From an uncultured Dehalococcoidia bacterium (GTDB taxonomy: Bacteria > Chloroflexota > Dehalococcoidia > JACQUA01), in NCBI GenBank assembly GCA_964518085.1, contig CAZFEA010000001.1, positions 1 to 29,248 of the forward strand: 29,248 nt of DNA. Reading direction: 5' to 3'. The notes under the pieces were generated by a model. The model searched no databases. It was not told the DNA's origin and was given only the letters and a program-made list of their open reading frames with translations. Numbering within the stretch: position 1 is the stretch's first letter; each line of letters begins with the position of its first letter. A program made the position numbers and the translations under genes. Positions 1 to 7,267 of the stretch are shown piece after piece.

Positions 1-2
1 TT

Positions 3-1679
3 GAATTCAGGATAGACCGGCCCGGCCTACTCGACCACCCCTCGAACTTTCCCATTTCGCGGGAACTGCTGCCGGCTGCCCTCAAAGAAAGAATAGACGG
101 CAAACTCGAGGCCCGGGAGAACAAACTCAAGACTTCACTGGCCGTCCCCGGCGGCTTCTGCCTTATCTGGGAGCAAATTCCCGGCCTCGGGGCTTTCGAA
201 AGACGGCAGGAAGCGGTCCTGGACAACGCCAGGAAGGCCGCCGCGGGAGGCAAGGTCTGCGCCATAAGCGTTACCGATAACCCTGGCGGCAACCCCGCCA
301 TAGCCACCGAGGTATTGTCCCAGGAAATCCACCGGATGGGAATCGAGCCTCTGGTACATGTGGCCTTCCGGGATAAGAGCCGCAACCAGGTTGAAAGCCT
401 GCTGTACCAGTTGGCGGCCATGGGCATCAATAATCTCCTGGTCTTGACCGGCGACTATCCCGCCAATACCGGCTTTACCGGGACGTCGCGGCCGGTGTTC
501 GACCTGGACGCGGTTAACGGTCTGCAGCTTATTTCCGAGATGAACCGGGGCATGGAGCACGAGATCCTGCGCCGGCGGACTACCCTGGCGCCGACCAGTT
601 TCTTTTGCGCCGTGGCTTTCTCACCGTTCAAGAAAGAGGAAGCCGAGGTCATGGGGCAATATTACAAGCTGCTAAAGAAGGTCCGGGCGGGCGCCGATTT
701 TCTCATCACCCAGGTCGGCTACGACGTCCGCAAATGGCACGAATTACAACTCTGGTTGAAGGCCCGCAACCTGAAGATTCCGGCCCTGGTCAGCATTTAT
801 GTGCTTTCGGAAGGGACCGCCCGGGCGATGCACGCCAACCGGGTGCCCGGCTGCGTGGTTACCGACAAGCTGATGGCCGAGGTGTCGCGCGACTCGGGCC
901 GGGCCGATAGGGGACGGCAAGCCCGGCTCGACCGGGCGGCGAAGATGTATGCCATTGCCCGGGGAATGGGCTTCGCCGGGGCCAGCATCAGCGGGCTGGG
1001 CGAGCCTTACGAAAGTGTGGAGTACATTATCGGCAAGGGAGAGGAACTGGCCGCTAACTGGCGGGAGCTTGTTCCCGAGTTTGATTATCCCCAGGAAGAT
1101 GGCTTTTATCTATTCCAAAGGGACGCTAAAACCGGTTTGAACGTGGAGATTCTGGCGCCCAGGCAACAGGCGCCGTCCCACCCACCGGTCTACTACCTGT
1201 CGCGGGCGGTGCACTATTCGGTGTTCGAGCCGCGAGGCCCGTTTTTCAGGATAATGCGGCGGCTGGCTGCCTTCGTGGATGGCTCGCGGACTATTGCCAG
1301 GATGCTTGGCTCATTTGAGTTCTGGACCAAGGCGGTGCTTTACGGCTGCATGAACTGCGGCGACTGCGCCCTGTTTGATGTCGCCTTTCTCTGCCCGGTG
1401 TCCCAGTGTCCCAAGAACCAGAGGAACGGCCCCTGTGGTGGAAGCCATGACGGCTGGTGCGAGATCTACGAAAAAGAGAAGAAATGCATCTGGGTCCGGG
1501 CTTACCGGCGCTTGAAGGCCCAGCACAGAGAGGACAGCATTGCGGTCAATATCGTGCCGCCCTGCAACTGGGAACTATGGAATACTTCATCCTGGTTGAA
1601 CTACTTCATGGGCAGGGACCACATCTCGCGGAGACTGGGCGTCAATGCACCACCTCCCCCTTTGAAAAAGGCAGACTGA
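3..1679 (+). CDS. metF: Methylenetetrahydrofolate reductase (MetF) fused to a C-terminal 8-Cys MetV/MTHFR_C domain; 5' end lies upstream of the window
   Basis: Frame +3 is open from nt 3 to TGA at 1677-1679 with no ATG/GTG/TTG before the track's TTG315. MetF motifs WEQIP, SVTDNPGG (upstream of 315), HVAFRD, LTGDYP, ITQVGYD. C-terminal CMNCGDC...CPVSQCPK...NGPCGG...CEI...CIW is MetV-like. Confidence 0.85.
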   Translation, partial: EFRIDRPGLLDHPSNFPISRELLPAALKERIDGKLEARENKLKTSLAVPGGFCLIWEQIPGLGAFERRQEAVLDNARKAAAGGKVCAISVTDNPGGNPAIATEVLSQEIHRMGIEPLVHVAFRDKSRNQVESLLYQLAAMGINNLLVLTGDYPANTGFTGTSRPVFDLDAVNGLQLISEMNRGMEHEILRRRTTLAPTSFFCAVAFSPFKKEEAEVMGQYYKLLKKVRAGADFLITQVGYDVRKWHELQLWLKARNLKIPALVSIYVLSEGTARAMHANRVPGCVVTDKLMAEVSRDSGRADRGRQARLDRAAKMYAIARGMGFAGASISGLGEPYESVEYIIGKGEELAANWRELVPEFDYPQEDGFYLFQRDAKTGLNVEILAPRQQAPSHPPVYYLSRAVHYSVFEPRGPFFRIMRRLAAFVDGSRTIARMLGSFEFWTKAVLYGCMNCGDCALFDVAFLCPVSQCPKNQRNGPCGGSHDGWCEIYEKEKKCIWVRAYRRLKAQHREDSIAVNIVPPCNWELWNTSSWLNYFMGRDHISRRLGVNAPPPPLKKAD

Positions 1680-1726
1680 GGGGAATTTAACCTCCCCCTT
1701 TGAAAAAGGGGGATTGAGGGGGATTT
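1652..1726 (+). repeat. Two tandem 37-bp REP-like elements (family 1: CCTCCCCCTTTGAAAAAGGGGGATTGAGGGGGATTT)
   Basis: 1652-1688 and 1690-1726 are identical at 33/37. Internal palindrome TCCCCCTTT-GAA-AAAGGGGGA. Further copies at 19331-19365 and 19386-19419. Confidence 0.85.
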
Positions 1727-1799
1727 ATCCAAAATCAAAATGCAAAATTCAAAATGGACAGACCAAAATACAATAAGACTGGAATTGCGAATGAACCGG

Positions 1800-1822
1800 G
1801 TAGCACAGGCCTCCGTTCTGTG
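1800..1822 (+). repeat. GTAG-type REP-like palindrome
   Basis: GTAG followed by CACAG-N9-CTGTG; a GTAG tetranucleotide 5' of a hairpin is the established REP signature. Only one copy here, and the stem is short. Confidence 0.45.
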
Positions 1823-1853
1823 GGTGGTGATCGTACCCCGGCGAGCAAGAGGA

Positions 1854-1883
1854 ATTCGCGTTGATTCGTGTTAATTCGTGGTT
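1854..1883 (+). repeat. Three tandem decamers ATTCGYGKTD
   Basis: ATTCGCGTTG-ATTCGTGTTA-ATTCGTGGTT. Confidence 0.7.
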
Positions 1884-1964
1884 CCTCATTACCTTATTTT
1901 TGCATTCTTAACTGTCATCTTGAGTTTTACACTTTGATTTTTGATTTGAGCTGGGAGAGTTCGA

Positions 1965-3194
1965 ATGAACAGGCTGGTACAAATTGAAGACTACGAGCCG
2001 CTGGTTGGGCCGGAGGTGATCGAACGCATCAGACGCAAAGCCTGGCCATTGCGTGACCTTCATGTTGTCAATTTCAACTCCACGTATCATGGCGGCGGCG
2101 TGGCCCAGCTTCTTTCATCTCTGACGCTTCTCATGAACTGCCTGGAAATTAAGACCGGGTGGCGGGCTGTTTTCGGCCCTCCGGACTTCTACAGCGTTAC
2201 CAAAAAGATTCACAATGCCTTGCAGGGCGCGGATATGAATCTGAGTGAACGGAAGATGCAGATCTACGAGGAGGTGATATACGAGAACTCGGTGAGGAAT
2301 CATCTCGATCACGACATAGTAGTCGTGCACGACCCGCAACCGCTTCCGTTAATAAATCACTATCGGAAAGATTCGCCCTGGGTCTGGCGCTGCCACGTCG
2401 ACCTGACCAACCCAAACCCGCAGGTATGGGATTACCTGGTCCGGTTCGTCGAAAAATATGATGCCGTGATCCTGAGCAGCAGGGATTATGCCCGGAAGTT
2501 GAAAACACCCCAGTTGTTTTTTATGCCGGCCATTGACCCGTTCTCCATTACCAACAAGGAACTGAGTGACGGCGAGATGACCGAGCGCCTGAATCACTAC
2601 AGCATTCCCACGGATCTTCCACTGGTGGTGCAAATATCCCGTTTTGACCGCTGGAAAGACCCGGAAGGGGTCATCAAGGCTTTCAAGCTGGTGAGGCAAC
2701 ACATCGAGGCCACCCTGGTGCTGGTAGGAAATGTGGCCGACGACGATCCCGAGGGGCAGGCGGTCTATAAGTCACTGCTTGAACATTGTGGCGAACGCAT
2801 CATCATGCTTAGCGTCCAGGATGGCGCCCTGGTGAATGCCCTTCAGCGGCGTGCTGCCGTGGTGCTGCAGAAATCAATTCGCGAGGGTTTTGGCTTGACG
2901 GTGGCCGAGGCCATGTGGAAAGGAACGCCGGTTATTGGCGGCAACGCCGGGGGCATACGGTACCAGATACAGGATGGGGTAAACGGCTTTCTGGTGTCCT
3001 CGATTGAAGACGCGGCGCAAAGGATTGTCCAGGTTGTCAGGGACAAAGATTTGCGGATGCGGTTGGGGCAAAAAGCCCGTGAAACGGTCAGGGCCAACTT
3101 CTTGCTGACTCGCTACCTGGAACAGTATCTCGACCTGTTCAGCGCCTTCGAGCCACAATTCGGGCTATCCAACAAGATACGGGCTTACCGGTGA
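1965..3194 (+). CDS. treT: GT4 glycosyltransferase, TreT-type trehalose synthase
   Basis: Motifs NSTYHGGGVA, HNALQG, HDPQP, WRCHVD, SRFDRWKD, QKSIREGFGLTVAEAMWK. RBS GGGAGAG. Confidence 0.8.
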   Translation: MNRLVQIEDYEPLVGPEVIERIRRKAWPLRDLHVVNFNSTYHGGGVAQLLSSLTLLMNCLEIKTGWRAVFGPPDFYSVTKKIHNALQGADMNLSERKMQIYEEVIYENSVRNHLDHDIVVVHDPQPLPLINHYRKDSPWVWRCHVDLTNPNPQVWDYLVRFVEKYDAVILSSRDYARKLKTPQLFFMPAIDPFSITNKELSDGEMTERLNHYSIPTDLPLVVQISRFDRWKDPEGVIKAFKLVRQHIEATLVLVGNVADDDPEGQAVYKSLLEHCGERIIMLSVQDGALVNALQRRAAVVLQKSIREGFGLTVAEAMWKGTPVIGGNAGGIRYQIQDGVNGFLVSSIEDAAQRIVQVVRDKDLRMRLGQKARETVRANFLLTRYLEQYLDLFSAFEPQFGLSNKIRAYR

Positions 3195-3197
3195 CTC

Positions 3198-4484
3198 TCA
3201 ATTCAGCTTTTGCGCCAGTATTCCGGTTAACCCCAGGTCGTCGATTCGTTTTCTGATGTCACTGACGGTTTGCGGGTAAAGTCCCAGCCTTATCATCCGC
3301 TCAAGATAGTCCCCCTGGCCGGGACGGCAAAGCTGGTTCAGTCCCTCCTGGGTCCGGTTTAACTCACCCGTGAAACTGATGTAGTCCCCTATCGCGGTGG
3401 TGGCAGGCAAAACGGGTGGTCCGGTGCCGGCCACTTTTCTTGAGGCGTTATGTCCGGCAATGACACCCATGATCATACAGGTGTCCACGCCGCCGATCGG
3501 CCCGATCTTTTCACCACCGACAAAAAGGTTGTCGAAACCTGGCACCCTCAGGCTGTCGTCCCGGTGATGGATGGATACCTCTTTGACGAAGGTATGGACA
3601 CCGCCGCCCATGGGGTCTTCGATCATGGCTGTCTCAAAACCGGGTATGGTGCGCAGGTCGGCCACAGACATATAGCCCATTTTCGAACACTTGGCCATAG
3701 AGCCTATGTCGGAAAGGTTGACGTGCTCGACTTCCTCGTGGGACGAGATATTGGCCATCTTGCCGGCTTTCGAGTAGTCTACGAGGTGTTTGGGAAGGGG
3801 AATCTTCATCTGTCCTTTTTGCTCGAGCTCTTCCCTCAACTCCTTGCCCAGGCTGGCTTTGCTCAAACAGACCGCCAGGCCGAGGAGACCCCTGGTGCCG
3901 TCGGCCCTTCTCTGACTCAACTCCCTGGCCCCGGCTTTGGTGGCGATGCTTACCCGGTTGCCGAACGTGGGACACCTGAAGCTTCCGCACATGACGCATC
4001 CCAGGCCGTAGCGCCGGCAGATGTCCATCCCGCCGGTGGTGCCGGTGCAATCGACAAAGGCGCCGCCTCGCAGGACTTCGCCGCTGGCGAGCCGGACCGC
4101 CTCCAACCGTCCATCCTCTGTCAGCACATCAACCGCCCGGCTCATGAATCGTATGTCGACTCCACAGTCCAGGACCAGTTTCTTGACCGCTGGCTCCGCC
4201 AGGGCGCAATTGTAGATGTATCCGTATTCCATGTCCGGCTCATATAGCCGGTGAAGAATGATGGCGTCCAGTACATCCAGGATATCGCCGCCGGCCATGG
4301 CCCTGAGCTCTTCATTCTGGACCATCCGCCCGGTCATGTTGTAATGTCCGGCTCGGTTTCCTCCGGCCAGAAGCATGTCGGTCCGTTCCAGCAAAATCGC
4401 CTTGAGTCCGGCCCTGGCCACGGCGATGGCCGCGCCACAGCCGGCAAATCCGCCCCCTATGACTATGACAGTGTCTTTAGACAA
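3198..4484 (-). CDS. FAD-dependent oxidoreductase, GidA/TrmFO-related uncharacterised family, with a Cys4 motif
   Basis: VIGGGFAGCGAA Rossmann motif; C-x6-C-x2-C-x4-C (CRRYGLGCVMCGSFRC); C-terminal LFVGGEK...AGHNA. AGGAGG overlaps GTG4490, so TTG4484 (5 nt after the RBS) is the likelier start. Confidence 0.75.
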   Translation of the reverse strand: MSKDTVIVIGGGFAGCGAAIAVARAGLKAILLERTDMLLAGGNRAGHYNMTGRMVQNEELRAMAGGDILDVLDAIILHRLYEPDMEYGYIYNCALAEPAVKKLVLDCGVDIRFMSRAVDVLTEDGRLEAVRLASGEVLRGGAFVDCTGTTGGMDICRRYGLGCVMCGSFRCPTFGNRVSIATKAGARELSQRRADGTRGLLGLAVCLSKASLGKELREELEQKGQMKIPLPKHLVDYSKAGKMANISSHEEVEHVNLSDIGSMAKCSKMGYMSVADLRTIPGFETAMIEDPMGGGVHTFVKEVSIHHRDDSLRVPGFDNLFVGGEKIGPIGGVDTCMIMGVIAGHNASRKVAGTGPPVLPATTAIGDYISFTGELNRTQEGLNQLCRPGQGDYLERMIRLGLYPQTVSDIRKRIDDLGLTGILAQKLN

Positions 4485-4513
4485 ATGCACCTCCTGGGAG
4501 TATTGGCTATCTC

Positions 4514-5074
4514 TCAGGCGAACTGGATCATCCCCAACTTGGTGAACTGAATAGGAACAGTGACCTCGGGCGGAAGTGCCCCGAGTTGATGGAGGGCATA
4601 TTCCTGCTCGTATTTTGTCATGGCCATGACCCCATCTATCGGGATGATGGTCTCATAGCGATAGATGCGCGCTGAGGCGGTAGCGGTGTAAAGCACCGCC
4701 ATGTTGGTGGCCGCCCCGACGATGACCAGGTTCTCTGTCTGCTTGTCCTTCAACAGGCCGTCGAGTTCGCCGCCGGTGAATTTGTCGAAGCCGTTGGGGT
4801 GGATGACTGGCTCGGTTTCCCGTTTCTTCAGGGAGGAGGCAGGCTCTCCCCCGGGTGTGCCCTTGTGGATAAGGGAGATGGTGTAAATAACCGGCACAGC
4901 CAAGGCCCGCGCCCTTTCCAGGAACTCGCTTACACCTGGAAGGAGCAAAGAGCAAAAGACCCTGGGGTCCTGGCATCTGGCGCTCAGATCGAGCACAATA
5001 ATGGCGGTCTTGTTCCGGGCGAGGGTGACTGGCTTTGGCTCCGGTTTGCGGGGTCCACCGTCTTCTATGATCAT
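4514..5074 (-). CDS. Isochorismatase/cysteine-hydrolase fold protein lacking the catalytic Cys
   Basis: TAIIVLDL (Asp), FDKFTGGELDGLLK, LVIVGAATNMAVLYTA, IPIDG. RBS AAGGA. Confidence 0.8.
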   Translation of the reverse strand: MIIEDGGPRKPEPKPVTLARNKTAIIVLDLSARCQDPRVFCSLLLPGVSEFLERARALAVPVIYTISLIHKGTPGGEPASSLKKRETEPVIHPNGFDKFTGGELDGLLKDKQTENLVIVGAATNMAVLYTATASARIYRYETIIPIDGVMAMTKYEQEYALHQLGALPPEVTVPIQFTKLGMIQFA

Positions 5075-5101
5075 TGCTTTCCTTCTTTTATAATCATGCC
5101 A

Positions 5102-7258
5102 CTACGGGACCGGTATCAGTTCGGTATCCAGCAAAATACCGCACGATGGGCAGCAGGTCTGTTCCAGCAAGAAATAACCGGTCAGGTCCGCCATGAGCGC
5201 TCCGGCTTCAGTAGGGGGCAGGAGTTTCACGGTACATGCTTCCTTCCATTTTCTTGGCTCGCTGGAAAGCACGGCCAGGCACCGCTGGCAACGTATGGCC
5301 GAACGGTTCCGGTTAACTATGATCTCCATGTTTCCCCGAAACGGGCGGGTCTTTTCCGTTGTGGGGCGCCTGCCATGGCCGACGGCGCCGCTTTGGGATG
5401 CTCGCGCCGGCTTGAGGCGCGTTGCTGGCCGGCCGTTGAGACGCTGGCGGATAAGGGCCGTCCGTAAGTGGCGCGTGTCATCAAGATTCAATTTGCCTCG
5501 ATCAACGACTACGCCGTAGTACTGTTCGGCCGCCGCGGAGGAAACAAGTCCATTCCTCAGATCTTGCACTACGATCTGCGGGTCCCTTTCCAGGGGGTCC
5601 CCGTAACCGCCTCCGCAGGCCATCCTGAGATAAAGGACATCGTTGACCTGCAGATCGATGTCCTGGTAGGCCAGAGCCATTTTTCTTCCCTTGAGTTCAG
5701 CAAGGTCAACCGGAGGGCGGTTTTGGGCGAAAAACGCCTCCAGCTTCGTACTTTCAAACAAGTTGAGAAGACTGGGCGCTCCGGGGTAACCGCCGAAAAG
5801 ACCCTTCCCCGAGTTCTTCAGCCCGGCCACTCCGAGGGCAACTACCTTGATTTTTCCTTCCGCGGGCTTATAGGGGGCAAGGGCTACCTCGGTCCCTGCG
5901 CCGCCCCGGTACTTTCCGGCGCCGGCGCCATCCACAATATGCCGTCGGAAAAGGTAGATGACGGGGAAGTTGAGCTCAACCCACTCCACGTTGTGGCATG
6001 TCATCCCGATGCTGCCGGCGCTGGACGAGTTCATACCATCCTTACAGGATGTTGCCCCGCTGCCTCCTGATTCCAGCAAGGTGGAGACGTAATATTTTCC
6101 GTACTGGCTGATGCCGGCGTGCCTGGCGAAGCGGCCCATCAAGGTCGGCGCCATGACCTCGCGTTTCCACTTTTCGCTTGCCGCCACTGCCTGCATCAGT
6201 ACCGAAGCGGCAAGGTGTTTGACGGCCTGGGCGCCGGAGGTGGTGTTCAGGGATACCGGGGCCGGGTTCTGGACATTGACCACGCACCCTTCAGGTGCGC
6301 TCACCTCCATCGGGCCGAAGGCGCCCTGGTTGCGCGGGATGTCATAGGCGAAAGTGCACAGGACTTCCTGGAAGCAACAACCGAAGGTGGCATGATAGGG
6401 CAGGTTGATGCCTTTTTCGGCCTGCCTGTCCGTCCCGGCAAAATCGAAAATCAGCCGGTCGCCTTTCTTGTTCAACGTCAGCTTTACCTTCCAGGATTTG
6501 TCGGCCTGGATGGACAGAGAATCAGTCCACGAACCGTCGGGAATTTCAGCTATCCTCTTCCGTAAGATAGATTCCGAATAGCGGATCATCTGGGCCGAAA
6601 CGGCCTGGATCAGTTCCAGCCCGTACTGCTTGATCATATCCTGCATTCTGGCCTTGGCGACGTTGTTGGCCGCAATTTCACATTTCAGGTCCAGGCCCAC
6701 CATCACCGGTTGCCGGGTCATGTTGACCACTGTCCTGAAAACGTCGTTTCGCGTCTGCCCCCGCTCGACCAGCTTGATCCCCGGGATCCTGATACCCTCG
6801 TGGCATATTTCGGTTGCCCCGGGGGAGTTCCCTCCGGGTGACATGGCACCAATGTCCATTACATGGACAAATGTGGCGCTCCAGCCGACGAGGCGGCCTT
6901 GGTAGTGAATCGGGGATACGACATACATGTCTGACTGGTGAATCGCGGCCAGATAGGGGTCATTCAGCAAGAACATGTCGTCGGGATAAATGTTGCCGTC
7001 CTTTCCGAACTGGTCGATAATCTTCTTCACGGCAAACCCGGCGCAAACGGCGTGCATTCCCATCATCGCCTGGCCCACCGATAGCACCTCGCCGGAAGGT
7101 GTGTACAGCGCCGCCAGGTAGTCTTTGAGCTGCGTGGTATTAACCGTGCCCCCCACGTGTTCCAGGGTAATAGCAATTTCCTTGGTGATCTGGTAGAGGC
7201 GATGAGACAGTATTTCAAAAGTAATGGGATCGACAGTTGACACCGGCGGCGCCTTCAT
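5102..7258 (-). CDS. Hydantoinase B/oxoprolinase/acetone-carboxylase-alpha family subunit fused to an acetone-carboxylase-gamma-like Cys4 domain
   Basis: DPITFEI, NDPYLAAIHQSD, HVMDIG, EGIRIP, GAGKYRGG, GGGYGDPLERD; C-terminal CQRC...WK...CCPSCGILLDTE. RBS AGGAG overlaps the upstream TAG. Confidence 0.88.
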   Translation of the reverse strand: MKAPPVSTVDPITFEILSHRLYQITKEIAITLEHVGGTVNTTQLKDYLAALYTPSGEVLSVGQAMMGMHAVCAGFAVKKIIDQFGKDGNIYPDDMFLLNDPYLAAIHQSDMYVVSPIHYQGRLVGWSATFVHVMDIGAMSPGGNSPGATEICHEGIRIPGIKLVERGQTRNDVFRTVVNMTRQPVMVGLDLKCEIAANNVAKARMQDMIKQYGLELIQAVSAQMIRYSESILRKRIAEIPDGSWTDSLSIQADKSWKVKLTLNKKGDRLIFDFAGTDRQAEKGINLPYHATFGCCFQEVLCTFAYDIPRNQGAFGPMEVSAPEGCVVNVQNPAPVSLNTTSGAQAVKHLAASVLMQAVAASEKWKREVMAPTLMGRFARHAGISQYGKYYVSTLLESGGSGATSCKDGMNSSSAGSIGMTCHNVEWVELNFPVIYLFRRHIVDGAGAGKYRGGAGTEVALAPYKPAEGKIKVVALGVAGLKNSGKGLFGGYPGAPSLLNLFESTKLEAFFAQNRPPVDLAELKGRKMALAYQDIDLQVNDVLYLRMACGGGYGDPLERDPQIVVQDLRNGLVSSAAAEQYYGVVVDRGKLNLDDTRHLRTALIRQRLNGRPATRLKPARASQSGAVGHGRRPTTEKTRPFRGNMEIIVNRNRSAIRCQRCLAVLSSEPRKWKEACTVKLLPPTEAGALMADLTGYFLLEQTCCPSCGILLDTELIPVP

Positions 7259-7267
7259 GACTATCTC

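Larger units (their letters stand above)
1731..1941. repeat. Imperfect 26-bp inverted repeat pair built of CAAAAT-like units (1731-1756 / 1916-1941)
   Basis: AAAATCAAAATGCAAAATTCAAAATG versus the reverse complement of 1916-1941, AAAATCAAAGTGTAAAACTCAAGATG: 22/26 identical, all differences transitions. Confidence 0.65.

Noticed and set aside
1652-1950. CRISPR array or tRNA/ncRNA gene
   Set aside because: Repeats are not regularly spaced by unique spacers, no cas genes, no cloverleaf pattern.
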